In this document: positions 54,487 through 63,770 of the stretch, piece by piece
Numbering within the stretch: the first letter of the stretch is position 1
Layout of the letters: each line of letters begins with the position of its first letter
From: a virus
Length of the DNA stretch: 64,000 nucleotides
Reading direction: 5' to 3' (one strand)
Virus record (IMG/VR): IMGVR_UViG_3300027806_000003
Coordinates: 1-64,000 of that record
Translations under genes and position numbers: made by a program
The notes under the pieces: model-generated
Databases searched by the model: none
Told to the model about the DNA's origin: nothing
The model's input: the letters and a program-made list of their open reading frames with translations, nothing else

Positions 54487-56021
54487 TGGGCGGCCTCCTG
54501 CAGGTTGTTGTCGGCGCTGCCCTGGCCGCTCGCGGTCGATGATGCCGGCTGCGAGGCCTTGGGCTGCATGAACTCGAGCTGCGTGCCCCCGAGCATCGCG
54601 CGTTCGCTGCGGATCATGCTCGCTTGGCTGCGCGGGTCGCGCGTGCTGTACTGGCGGACGCAGTCGCCCCACGTCTTCAGTCCGTGGCGCACCGCTTCGA
54701 TGTCGGCGTTCATCGTCTTTTCAACGTCGACGTGCGGCCGGATCGGCCAGGCCCAGAAGGCCTGCAGTCGCAGCAGCAGCGATCGGAGCCGATAGGAGAA
54801 CTTGCCTTCGCCTGCTCGCGCCGCCCACAGCTGGTCGCTCTTGACGGCGTACCAGAGGTACTTGTCCAGGAGCGGGGCGATCACGAGCTCCTCGATCCGC
54901 ATCTGCCGGTCCTGCGTGGCCAGGTTGTACGACTGGAAGTCCAGTCGGGCGCTCGCGTACGAGTGCCCGCTGCTGTCGCCAAACGCGATGCAGTACGGCA
55001 TCAGCACCGCACGCGCCGCCTCCGTGACGACCGACTTGTAGTACTCGCCATACGTTGCGCCGCCGTGGCCGGGCTGCAGCATCTGCGCTTCCCAGCCTGC
55101 CGGCAGCGTGACCGCCATGCGGTTGGCGAGCGGGAGCGTCAGACCGGTCGCGACCTTGGCAGTCTGGCCGTCCGGCGGCGTGTCGGTCTTGAAGAACACG
55201 GCGAAGTTGGCGTTCGTCTCGGCCTGGGCAACCGTCGCCAGGCCGAACCGGCGAAGGTTGGCGAGCAGCGGGATGGCCGCGGCGATCGCGGGGAAGCCTC
55301 TTCGCTGGCCTGGGCGCTGCCAGTCGAATAGGTGCAGCATGTCCTCGGCGTCGACCGGCGTCGTCTCGAGCGACGCGCCCAGGCCGTTCACCTCGCCGGG
55401 GTGATCGACCCGCACGTGGTAGCGGATGGGGTTGCCGAAGGTGTCGTAATCGATGCCCGAGACATGCTCCGGCGACTCGAAGACAAACGGGGAGCTTTCG
55501 ACCTGGTCGGCTTCGAGGAGGCGAAGATCCAGCTGGATCGGGTGCTTGATCTTCGGGTTGTGGAGCATGACGCCGAAGGCCTCGCCGTCGATCGCCTCAG
55601 CGCGGACCATGACGGAGAGCTTGCGGCGCAGTGCGATCGCTCGCGCCCACTTCTGGAAGAGAACCTCGAACTCGTCGATCTCGGCGCGGAGGTCGTCGTC
55701 GGGCTGTTCGCCCATCGGAAGGTCAAGTTGCAGCGTCGGCCCGCGGCCGATCGTGTCGATGGTGAGCGTCTGCACCATGCCCGCCAGGACGGCGTTGTTG
55801 GCGGCTTCGGCGCGGCAGCGCTCGCGGGCGATGCGGCGGACCTGGGGTACCAGGCTCGCGATCGCCGAGCGGTCGTCGGCCGTCTGCAGGAAGTGACGCG
55901 CGATCTCCGGGGTGTTCCGCGCGATGTCGTACCGCGTGGCCTCGACTCGCGCAGGCTCAGCAGAAGCAGCCATGGCGGGCGGCGAGGCCTGGACACCGGT
56001 TGGAAGGTCTACGTAGATCAT
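54483..56021 (-). CDS. Portal protein, lambda family
   Basis: R.R.E..NN, IDGEAF, LRLLEADQV, GI.YD.FGNP..Y, RPGQRRG, YASARLD, HVD..K. Confidence 0.92.
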   Translation of the reverse strand: MIYVDLPTGVQASPPAMAASAEPARVEATRYDIARNTPEIARHFLQTADDRSAIASLVPQVRRIARERCRAEAANNAVLAGMVQTLTIDTIGRGPTLQLDLPMGEQPDDDLRAEIDEFEVLFQKWARAIALRRKLSVMVRAEAIDGEAFGVMLHNPKIKHPIQLDLRLLEADQVESSPFVFESPEHVSGIDYDTFGNPIRYHVRVDHPGEVNGLGASLETTPVDAEDMLHLFDWQRPGQRRGFPAIAAAIPLLANLRRFGLATVAQAETNANFAVFFKTDTPPDGQTAKVATGLTLPLANRMAVTLPAGWEAQMLQPGHGGATYGEYYKSVVTEAARAVLMPYCIAFGDSSGHSYASARLDFQSYNLATQDRQMRIEELVIAPLLDKYLWYAVKSDQLWAARAGEGKFSYRLRSLLLRLQAFWAWPIRPHVDVEKTMNADIEAVRHGLKTWGDCVRQYSTRDPRSQASMIRSERAMLGGTQLEFMQPKASQPASSTASGQGSADNNLQEAAQ

Positions 56022-56221
56022 GTTCCGGGGGGCTGGGGGATGATCTTGACGAAGCCGATCGCGCTGAGTGGGTTGCTTGAGACGCTTGCCCGCTGGATCT
56101 CTCGGCGTGCCTCGATCGTCTCGGTCACGCTGTCGAGGGTGACCGACTGGCCATCCGACGTCGTCGAGCGCACGCCCTCTTTGGCTCGCTCCTCGATTTT
56201 CGTCTTCAGCTCGTCAGCCAT
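56018..56221 (-). CDS. gpW-like head-tail joining protein
   Basis: AGGAG RBS; 67 aa; ATGA-coupled to portal. Confidence 0.6.
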   Translation of the reverse strand: MADELKTKIEERAKEGVRSTTSDGQSVTLDSVTETIEARREIQRASVSSNPLSAIGFVKIIPQPPGT

Positions 56222-56286
56222 TGCAAGGGCTCCTGGTCCGCTTGGTTCTACCGACTGGTCCACCTTCGGGCAAGGGCTCGGGGGAA

Positions 56287-56312
56287 AACGTCCCAGCGTC
56301 TGGGACGTTCCG
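56287..56312. promoter_or_regulatory. Palindrome AACGTCCCAG-cgt-CTGGGACGTT(ccg), copy 1
   Basis: Exact reverse complement of 58844-58869. Confidence 0.7.
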
Positions 56313-56314
56313 TG

Positions 56315-58447
56315 TCAATTCAGTCGTCGCGGACCGCCGATGGGGGGAGCGAGGGCGTCGAGCGGACCGAGCACCGCAAGGGCGAGCTCCCGGCCGTTGA
56401 GGTCGTACTCGGGCCTCAGCCAGTCCAGGTGTGGCTGCACTCGCGGCGTCGCCGACGCCAGGGCAAAGGGCGAGTCGAGGAACGTCGGCGAGTCGGTGAG
56501 GTTCACGCCGGGCACGACGTTGCCTCCGCCGAAGTCGCGTGGGACTTCACGAACACCGAAGAACTCGCAGCCGGCCATGCCTCCGGTGCCGCCGGCCGCG
56601 GGTGCTCCGTTGCGGAATCCAACGACGTTCTTGTCGGTGCCGCTGACCGGCGCGCCCCCAAGGAAGGTGAGGCGGCTGTTGACGCCGAAGCTCTTCGAGA
56701 ACTCCGTCGACCTGAATCGAGCGAGGAACTCGGCCATCTGGTTCGGCGCAGACTTGATCGTGAACTGCGAGTTGGCCATGGCGATGACGGGCGTCGAGCC
56801 CGTGTTCGTGGCGAAGATCGTCCAGTAGGTCGTGCTATTCCCGGCGAGCGATCGGGCGTCGATCTCGAAGCGGCTTCCCATGAAGAGCAGGTTGTTGTTC
56901 GAAGCGTTCAACGCGACGACTGCGCCCGAGCCCGACGTCCACGGGATCTGGACATCGCACCCGAGGTACGAGGTGTCCATCGACAGCGAGAGGGCTCCGA
57001 GCCGTCCGAGCGGCTGTCGGCAGAGGATGACGCGCGATCGCCCCCACGAGGTGGCAAGCTCGGCGTTGGGCTGGCTCTGGCCATCGCCGCGGCCGTCAGC
57101 GCCGCCGATGAAGACGACGCTCCCACCGTCGGCGACTGCGTCCTCGTCGATCTCGCAGTCCATGATGATGGCCAACGCCGGTGGCGGCTGGTTCGCACCC
57201 GCGTGACCGTACCAGCCCTGGCACACGCCACGGGGCGTGCTCGTAATCGTCGTGCCCGTTCCGTTGGTACCCAGGTTGAGCGACCGAAGGTTTCCACCGA
57301 TCAGCCGATCCCCGATGACCAAGAACTCGTTGCCGCCGCCTTGCGCGTAGTCCACGTGAACCGTCGAGTTTCCGAGGTTGTCTCCCTGCGTGAAGCCCGC
57401 CGAGTTTCGCCAGTAGAGCGTCGTCCCGCCCGTCGCGTTCAGGGCTGTGACGAGGTGGCCGTACGCGTGGTGACCGCTATAGCCGACCACGCAGTTGTCG
57501 ATGACGGCGTACTTGTTGCCCTCGTGGGTCAGATGAATGCAGTACGCCTGGCTGACGCCGACGTCGGAGTTCATGCCCCAGCCCGCAACGACGAGGCCGC
57601 TACTTCGGAAGCCCGTGACGTCGCCGACGCTGATACCCCGTGTCGTCGCGATCTGGGCTTCGATCCGGCCTGTGGTGTTCTGGATCGCGTTCCTCGCGGA
57701 CCGCGAAACGTGGAAGAGTCGCTGGTTCGTCGGGTCATAAACCGCGCTGTCCTGGTCGAGGGCCGCGAGCGTCGCCAGCTGCGCGGTGATCGTCGGGCTT
57801 GTCGCCGCGGTGAGCCGACCACCCCAGGCGATCGTCTGCCGACCCATGCCTCCCGCCGCTCCGTCGCGCGGATCATCCTCGGCGAAACGCGTGTGATACA
57901 CGGTCTGCGTGACGGAGCGGAACCAGACGTTGCCCGGCAGTCCGGCGTACCCGCCGCCGAGCGTGCTCGCGAGCGTCCACCCGCCGGCAAAGGGGGCGAG
58001 AAAGCCCAGGATCTGCGGCGCTCGTTGGAGCGAGCCCACGTCGTCAGCGCCCGCTGTCGCTGTGCCTCGATACCCGGTGATGGTGATGTTGTTCAGGTTG
58101 ATGTTGGTCTGCGAGCCCGCCAGGTTGGCGGGGTCGCAACGGAACACATCGCCGCGGCGGAGATAGATCGTCGTGTTCGCTTGTGCGTTCGCGGCGATGA
58201 TCGCGGCGAGGTCGGCCGTGTGCCGAGCGCCGAAGGCCAGTGCCGGTGTCGTCCCGTTCCTGGCTGGATTGGCACCAGTCACGGCACCGGTCGCCGACCC
58301 GTTCGCGTTGAACTCGATGTAGATCGAGTTTTGCCGCTGGATCGGGCACAGGCTCAGCAGGAGTTGAGCGCCGGCCTTGATCCACAGAAGCTCGGCGCGA
58401 GTGCCGGGCGCAGGAAGCGGTCCCTGGCTGTCGAGCAGGAAGGGCAT
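56315..58447 (-). CDS. Large beta-helix-like protein, homolog of 11671-13896 without signal peptide
   Basis: F.ANGSATGA, G.RHTADL, YLRRGD, QDSAVYD.TNQRLF, GWGMN..GVSQAY.IHLTH shared. Confidence 0.75.
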   Translation of the reverse strand: MPFLLDSQGPLPAPGTRAELLWIKAGAQLLLSLCPIQRQNSIYIEFNANGSATGAVTGANPARNGTTPALAFGARHTADLAAIIAANAQANTTIYLRRGDVFRCDPANLAGSQTNINLNNITITGYRGTATAGADDVGSLQRAPQILGFLAPFAGGWTLASTLGGGYAGLPGNVWFRSVTQTVYHTRFAEDDPRDGAAGGMGRQTIAWGGRLTAATSPTITAQLATLAALDQDSAVYDPTNQRLFHVSRSARNAIQNTTGRIEAQIATTRGISVGDVTGFRSSGLVVAGWGMNSDVGVSQAYCIHLTHEGNKYAVIDNCVVGYSGHHAYGHLVTALNATGGTTLYWRNSAGFTQGDNLGNSTVHVDYAQGGGNEFLVIGDRLIGGNLRSLNLGTNGTGTTITSTPRGVCQGWYGHAGANQPPPALAIIMDCEIDEDAVADGGSVVFIGGADGRGDGQSQPNAELATSWGRSRVILCRQPLGRLGALSLSMDTSYLGCDVQIPWTSGSGAVVALNASNNNLLFMGSRFEIDARSLAGNSTTYWTIFATNTGSTPVIAMANSQFTIKSAPNQMAEFLARFRSTEFSKSFGVNSRLTFLGGAPVSGTDKNVVGFRNGAPAAGGTGGMAGCEFFGVREVPRDFGGGNVVPGVNLTDSPTFLDSPFALASATPRVQPHLDWLRPEYDLNGRELALAVLGPLDALAPPIGGPRRLN

Positions 58448-58450
58448 GGC

Positions 58451-58753
58451 TTACTCCGTGGGGATGACAGAGGCGATCGCGTTGCCGCCGACGGCGCGGA
58501 GTCGCAGTGTCTTGAGGCCTGCCAGCTTGCCGCCGGTTCCAAGCTCGCGCTCCTTCCGAAACTCGACGGACGTCCCGGGGCTGACCTTGTGCCAGGTGGC
58601 TCCGTGAATCTCCGGCGCGTTGACCTCGACTGCCGTGGGGCTCGCGAACTCGCAGGTCACCAGGACGGACCGATAGGGCGCGCCGAAGTCGCCGTTGAAG
58701 ACTTCGTTGGTGGCTCCGCTGGCGATGGTGACCGAGTTGAAGGGCAGACTCAT
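58451..58753 (-). CDS. Small beta-rich hypothetical protein
   Basis: GGAG RBS; 100 aa. Confidence 0.65.
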   Translation of the reverse strand: MSLPFNSVTIASGATNEVFNGDFGAPYRSVLVTCEFASPTAVEVNAPEIHGATWHKVSPGTSVEFRKERELGTGGKLAGLKTLRLRAVGGNAIASVIPTE

Positions 58754-58843
58754 GAGCGGCTCCGGTGGGGATCTCGCACGCGACGTGTGGCTGTCGTCGC
58801 GGAAGTCCTACCAGCTCACGCTGAGGGGATCAATGGGCGGCGG

Positions 58844-58870
58844 CGGAACGTCCCAGACGCTGGGACGTTC
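58844..58870. promoter_or_regulatory. Palindrome copy 2
   Basis: cggAACGTCCCAG-acg-CTGGGACGTT immediately after Zn-finger gene stop. Confidence 0.7.
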
Positions 58871-59176
58871 TCACAAAATTTGTTCGATGGTGCAGAAGAC
58901 GTGCTTGCAGTAGTCGCACTCGCGCCAGCGCTGGCGAAAGTTCGCCCCCACGTTGGTCTCGCGGAACCGGCTGGTCTTCACGCTCGCGTTGCAGCCACAC
59001 TTTGGGCAGCGGATCGGATCTCCGCTCGGCTGGTACGCGGGGTCGAGCGCGGCGTATGGCCCGCTCGGCGCTGCCGGCCCCGAGGTGGCATCTGCGGACG
59101 CGGGTGTCGGCGGCGGAGCTCCGCCGGCTGGACGCGCGGGTGGTGGACCCTTCTTGCCTTTGTCGCTCAGCCCCAT
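58871..59176 (-). CDS. Zinc-ribbon protein (Ogr/Delta or NrdR-N-like), putative late activator
   Basis: RCPKCG....V..SR....RQRWRECDYCKHVF.TIE. Confidence 0.7.
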   Translation of the reverse strand: MGLSDKGKKGPPPARPAGGAPPPTPASADATSGPAAPSGPYAALDPAYQPSGDPIRCPKCGCNASVKTSRFRETNVGANFRQRWRECDYCKHVFCTIEQIL

Positions 59177-61263
59177 GCGGAACTCCCGGGTTGACTGCCG
59201 ACCTGCCACAGCCTGGCGAGGTCGACGAATTCGCTGCCTTCGTCGCTGGTCGCGGTCGGCCACAAGGTCAGGCCTTCCATGCTCGCGGCCGCGGCGCAGC
59301 CGACGAGGCCGTCCCACCAGTGGTTGTCGCGGCCCGCGGCTCCGCCCCATTCGTCGAGCCGCCGGCCGTGGCCGACCGTGCGCGTCGGCCGCTCGGAGCG
59401 GATGTGGTCAATGAGCATGCGGTGCAGGTCCGCGTTCGCGTCGAGCTGGCCGTAGAAGGTCAGCGCGCCCGGGTCACCCGGTGCGGTGCGGAGGCGATCG
59501 GCGACGAACGTCTTCCAGTAGTTCACGTCAATCTGGAGGAGCCTCGTCGCTCGTGCGGCCTTGGGCGAGGTGAGCAGCCAGTGCAGGCCGCGGCGCTCGC
59601 CTGGTCTGATCTTCCAGGTGCTCATCGGGGACTTCGCCGCGGTGATGCCGACGCCGGCACTCGGCGTGATGATCGCTTTGTGTGGGCTGATCCTGGCGAT
59701 CTCGTGGACGATCTCGGTGCTGACGTTCCAGTTGGAGTCGATCAGCAGCCGGCTCAGCAGCATCTCTGCGCCGTCCTCTCGCAGCCACGTGCGGCCGCAG
59801 AGGTCGTTGGTCAGATCAATCAGGCCCTGGCGGAGCCGGGCCTGCTGGTCGTGCCCGGGGTAGCGCTTGCTCAGTGTCTCGCGGATGTCGCGGTTGCTGA
59901 AGTAGGCGTCGGCTTGGCCCGGCCAGGTGCCATAAGCGATCACGCTCCCGCGCATCCGCTCGCCCCAAGCGCAGATCACGTACCACAGCGCCTCGCCCTG
60001 CACGTCGACGAAGCCGGTGAGGTGGCTCGCGTAGAGGGGCACGCGGCCGCGCGGGAGACCGCTCAGCCTGGCGGCGAGATCGGCGGCGCTGAGGAGCTTG
60101 GCCTCCGTCTCATCGCGAAGCGGCTCCAGCTGATACTCGCTGGCGAACATCTGCGGGCGCAGGAGGTAGATGTGCATGAGGCTCTGCACGGCGCTCACGC
60201 ATCCGGGCTCGATTCGCTCCGGCCAATAGACCTCAGCGCCGTGGTCCAGCTGCTTGCGGTGTCGCTTGTAGAACGCGTTGACCTCGCCGAAGTCCTTCCG
60301 GAGGGTCGCCGCGCGGAGCAGCTCGAGGTACTGACCTCGCCAAAGGTCGAGCCGCTCGGGCATGGTGATCATCGCGCGGAACCGCTCGCCCGACCATTGC
60401 GGGCTCTTCTCGCGGTCGAGCAGCCGGTCGGCGAGGTCGTCATGCTCAATGACCGTGCAGGGGACGACCGTCGCGAGGGGCCGCGTCGGTCCCTGCAGGC
60501 CCTGCAGGCCGGACTCGAGCGTGCGTTGCCGAGAGACGACCTGGGCCGGGCTCCGCGCCGACGCGTCGGTCTGCGGGTCGTCGGCGATGACGAGCTCCGG
60601 CCTGACGGAACGGCCGTCGCGGCGCTGGTGATTCAGCCCGCGGAAGCCCGACTCGAGACCGACCGCCTCGATGATGCAGCCCGCGGCCTTGGAGCCCGGG
60701 ATGTCCGGGAGCACGATGACTCCGTCACCCCATTGCATGTGCGTGCGCCGGCCGTGGTGCAGCTGGCCCGCACATCGCCGCGGCTCGCCCTCGAGCGCCG
60801 CGATCGGATAGCAGACCTCCGGGAAGTCGGCGGCGAGTTCGACCGATGTCTCCAGCCAAGTCTTCAGCGTCGCGATCGACTGCTCCGCCTTCTTCTCTGA
60901 CGCGCCGACGAACAGGATGTACGGCACCCCGTTCAATGCGGCCCAGAGCGTGGCGGCCTCGCAGAGCTTGGTCTTTCCCGAGCCGCGTGGCATGCCGACG
61001 GCGAACCCTCCGCCCTGGCGGATGACGGCCTCCAGGACTTCGATCACTCGCAGGTGTGCTTTGCTGAATGTCAGCGCGAAGGTCGCCGGGAAGTACGTTC
61101 GGCAGAACGTCTCCAGGCTCGCGAGGCAGCGGTGCTTTCGTGCCGGCCGTGCGACCCTGGGGATGCGGCCGATGTCACGGCCCTCCCGCGAGATGCGCTG
61201 CTCACGCGCACCTGCAGACTTGAGCTTGCGCTGATAACTCGCTCCCTTGCCGGCCTTTGGCAC
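59167..61263 (-). CDS. terL: Terminase large subunit (GpA-related nuclease domain)
   Basis: MPRGSGKT, IADDPQT, CTVI, FVDVQG, IDSNW, DNHWWDGLVG. Confidence 0.9.
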   Translation of the reverse strand: MPKAGKGASYQRKLKSAGAREQRISREGRDIGRIPRVARPARKHRCLASLETFCRTYFPATFALTFSKAHLRVIEVLEAVIRQGGGFAVGMPRGSGKTKLCEAATLWAALNGVPYILFVGASEKKAEQSIATLKTWLETSVELAADFPEVCYPIAALEGEPRRCAGQLHHGRRTHMQWGDGVIVLPDIPGSKAAGCIIEAVGLESGFRGLNHQRRDGRSVRPELVIADDPQTDASARSPAQVVSRQRTLESGLQGLQGPTRPLATVVPCTVIEHDDLADRLLDREKSPQWSGERFRAMITMPERLDLWRGQYLELLRAATLRKDFGEVNAFYKRHRKQLDHGAEVYWPERIEPGCVSAVQSLMHIYLLRPQMFASEYQLEPLRDETEAKLLSAADLAARLSGLPRGRVPLYASHLTGFVDVQGEALWYVICAWGERMRGSVIAYGTWPGQADAYFSNRDIRETLSKRYPGHDQQARLRQGLIDLTNDLCGRTWLREDGAEMLLSRLLIDSNWNVSTEIVHEIARISPHKAIITPSAGVGITAAKSPMSTWKIRPGERRGLHWLLTSPKAARATRLLQIDVNYWKTFVADRLRTAPGDPGALTFYGQLDANADLHRMLIDHIRSERPTRTVGHGRRLDEWGGAAGRDNHWWDGLVGCAAAASMEGLTLWPTATSDEGSEFVDLARLWQVGSQPGSSAWG

Positions 61264-61348
61264 TTATGGGTCTCGGGGGCTCCCCGCCATTTCGTGGCGT
61301 CCTGCCGGTGGGGTGGCTCAATCGTATCGGGAAAGGTATCGTCAGTGC

Positions 61349-61600
61349 ATGCCAAGTCTCCGCGAGCAACTCGAGCCCCACATCCGCGCGTTCGGCGTCG
61401 GCAGGTTGGCGGATGCGACCGGCATCCGCGGCCCGAACATCTCCGAGTTCCTTCATGGCAAGCGGAGCATGCGTGAGGAGAACCTCACCAAGATGGCGAC
61501 GGCGCTCGGCTTTGAGATCGTCATCCGCCGGACGAAGTCAGCCTCGGCGGGCGCTCGGCCGGCCGCTCGTCCCGCTGCTCGCCCGCGGCGTCGCGCGTGA
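61349..61600 (+). CDS. Cro/XRE-like HTH protein
   Basis: GAAAGG RBS; GVGRLADATGIRGPNISEFLHGKR..L.KMA.ALG. Confidence 0.75.
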   Translation: MPSLREQLEPHIRAFGVGRLADATGIRGPNISEFLHGKRSMREENLTKMATALGFEIVIRRTKSASAGARPAARPAARPRRRA

Positions 61601-61786
61601 TCGGCGCGGTGGTTTGATGATCAGCGTTGCGCCGAGGGCCTTGACGATCGCCTCGATGTGCTTCACCGGCAGTTCCCGACGGCCGGCCATGTAGGCGTTC
61701 AGCGATGGGGCGTGGATGCCGATCTCCGCGGCGCAGCGGGCCTGGCCGTACTCGTTGATCAGTGGTGTCAGTTGTTCGCGGATCAT
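61538..61786 (-). CDS. Cro/XRE-like HTH protein, paralog of 61349-61600
   Basis: REQL.P.I..YGQARCAAEIGI..PSLNAYM.GRR..I.KALG. Confidence 0.75.
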   Translation of the reverse strand: MIREQLTPLINEYGQARCAAEIGIHAPSLNAYMAGRRELPVKHIEAIVKALGATLIIKPPRRSRATPRASSGTSGRPSARRG

Positions 61787-62028
61787 GCGTGCTCCTGGAG
61801 AGTCTGGCGGATCTCGAGCGGGTCCCTCCCGGTCAGCACCGAGAGGGAGACGATCAGGTGTGAGAGGACTCGCTCATTCTTCGCGACGTCGCGTGCGGTC
61901 GCTGGCATTCTGCGGGCGCGCTTGTCGCCGGCCTCGATCGCGGCCTCGATCCCGGTCAGCAGCTTGAGCATCTGCAGGGCGGTGGTCTGGCGGCGGGACT
62001 CGGGCGCGAGCTTGTTCGTGATCTTCAT
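61783..62028 (-). CDS. Small hypothetical protein
   Basis: AAAGGAG RBS; coupled downstream. Confidence 0.65.
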   Translation of the reverse strand: MKITNKLAPESRRQTTALQMLKLLTGIEAAIEAGDKRARRMPATARDVAKNERVLSHLIVSLSVLTGRDPLEIRQTLQEHA

Positions 62029-62050
62029 GGGGGTGCTCCTTTGGGGCGTT

Positions 62051-62284
62051 TCATTCGGCGTCGTTCAGGAAGGCCTCGACCTCTTCTGGCTCTTGGCTGC
62101 TGATGAATCCGACCAGGTTGATCAGGTCTTCGCGGATCTTGCCGAGGTCTCCGGCGTGGCCCCAGTTCTTCGGTTCGGCCTTCTGCTCGGCGTCGTGCCG
62201 GTCGAGCTCCATCTGCAGCACATCCATCAGGCGGGCGATGTCGTTGCGGCGAGCGGCGTAGGTCTGGGCGGCGGTTGCGGACAT
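62051..62284 (-). CDS. Small helical hypothetical protein
   Basis: AAGGAG RBS; NWGHAGDL motif. Confidence 0.7.
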   Translation of the reverse strand: MSATAAQTYAARRNDIARLMDVLQMELDRHDAEQKAEPKNWGHAGDLGKIREDLINLVGFISSQEPEEVEAFLNDAE

Positions 62285-62295
62285 GGTCGTGCTCC

Positions 62296-62589
62296 TTACT
62301 TCGTGATGGGGTTGCGGGGCTTGCTCTGCGCGTTCATGCCGCGGGCCTCTCGGCAGGCATCGCCGCGGCCCTGGCGGTAGCCGGTGCTCAGTCCTGCGGA
62401 GTAGCCGGCCTCGAAGGCCGCGGCGATCACCTCGCGGAGCGTGGCGACCGAGAGGTCGTGGAAGTCCAGGTGGTCGCGCCCGCGGGTCGCGAGCGTTTCG
62501 AGTTCAAGGTTGGTCCTCGCGGCCTCCATCGCGGCGCTCATGGCGTTGGTCTTTGCGGTCGCGTCGAGGCTGATCTTGCTGCTGCTCAT
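62296..62589 (-). CDS. DUF6900-like protein
   Basis: LETL.TR..D.LDFHD.SV..L...L/I.AAFEAG. Confidence 0.7.
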   Translation of the reverse strand: MSSSKISLDATAKTNAMSAAMEAARTNLELETLATRGRDHLDFHDLSVATLREVIAAAFEAGYSAGLSTGYRQGRGDACREARGMNAQSKPRNPITK

Positions 62590-62610
62590 TGCTTGCTCCT
62601 GTTCTCACAC

Positions 62611-62628
62611 ATTAGCACCCGTGCTAAT
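62611..62628. promoter_or_regulatory. Palindromic operator candidate ATTAGCAC-cc-GTGCTAAT
   Basis: Perfect 8-bp arms in AT-rich gap, overlapping a TAATGT -10-like box upstream of 62589. Confidence 0.6.
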
Positions 62629-62674
62629 CAATGCCAGCGCAATGCGAGAAAAGAAGAGCAGAATTGCAAAGATC

Positions 62675-63142
62675 TCAGCGGCGTTTCGCGGCCGCGATCG
62701 CGGCGGCCGCGAGCCTGGCCAGCTCGCTGACGGGATAGCCCTTCGGCCCGAGTCTCAGGGGTTCCAGGTGCTCGCGAACGGCGGCGAGTTCGAGGCTGCT
62801 TTCGTCATCGGCGGCGTGCGCCGGGGTCTCCGTGGGCGCGTCGAGGCGCATCAGCTTGACGAGCTCGGCCTGGGCGCGGAGGGCGGTGCGGTTGTCCTGC
62901 CCCTGCAGCGCGCGGCGGTAGATGTCCTCGAACCGAACGACGGCCTTGCCCCGCTCGACCGCTCGGCTCGCGTCGCCGGCCAGAATGATCCGGCGGTGGA
63001 CCTCGGCCATGGTCTCCTCGAGCGCGTCCGCCGGCACGCCGATCTTCGCCAGCGCGGCGTTCTTCAGATCGGTCGGGCTAAGCCCGCTGACGCTGAGGAG
63101 GATGAGCTTCTCGACGTGGCCCTGGTCAGGCGTCGCGGGCAT
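62675..63142 (-). CDS. HTH/helical protein, possible terminase small subunit
   Basis: G.S..DL...A..K.GV; F..IYRRAL...D..TAL.AQ.EL.KL; upstream of terL. Confidence 0.45.
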   Translation of the reverse strand: MPATPDQGHVEKLILLSVSGLSPTDLKNAALAKIGVPADALEETMAEVHRRIILAGDASRAVERGKAVVRFEDIYRRALQGQDNRTALRAQAELVKLMRLDAPTETPAHAADDESSLELAAVREHLEPLRLGPKGYPVSELARLAAAAIAAAKRR

Positions 63143-63770
63143 GCGCCTCCTCCATCCATCGCGCGTGAAACCTCAGCAGGTCGGCGCTTTGCGTCAGCGT
63201 GAACTGCTCGATCGCGCGGCAGGTCCGCAGGTTGGCCGAGGACTCGACGACGAACGCTCGGCCGTCGGTCAGCCTGGCGGCGATGATCTTCGCGTGCGTC
63301 CGTGTCGCGCAGTACCAGCCCCCGCGGGCGGGGAGCTCGGCGCGAAGGCGGTTGCAGACGTCGGCCTCGTTGTAGTCCGACTCGTAGAAGTGGGAGACCA
63401 GAAGCCTGGTCGGCCCGATCACGCCGGCATCCATCGCGCTGAGAAGGCGCTGGGCGTTGGCGGCGTTGAAGCCGAGCGTCGCGAGCCAGAGGTCGGCGAT
63501 TCGCGCCGGGCTCGCGTGGATCAGGATCGCATCGACGAGGTCGTATCCGTCCCAGGCCCCGCTCATGAGGCCGTGCCAGGACTCGTTGTCCGCCGGCAGG
63601 CCCCCGAGCGCGTGAGCCGCGACGTCGGCCCTAGTCAGGTCGATCGTCTTCCGCCCCGCGGCGGTGCGCTTGAGCAGCGGTGTTCCTTCGAGCGGGATGG
63701 GCTTGGCCTTGGCGCGGCTCTCGCGCTCCGGCGATCGCGTCACGCCGAGGATCTCGTCGAGGTCATCCAT
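63126..63770 (-). CDS. Phospholipase D-like (HxK) nuclease-fold protein
   Basis: THAKII....FVVESSANL...IEQF. Confidence 0.7.
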   Translation of the reverse strand: MDDLDEILGVTRSPERESRAKAKPIPLEGTPLLKRTAAGRKTIDLTRADVAAHALGGLPADNESWHGLMSGAWDGYDLVDAILIHASPARIADLWLATLGFNAANAQRLLSAMDAGVIGPTRLLVSHFYESDYNEADVCNRLRAELPARGGWYCATRTHAKIIAARLTDGRAFVVESSANLRTCRAIEQFTLTQSADLLRFHARWMEEAHARDA

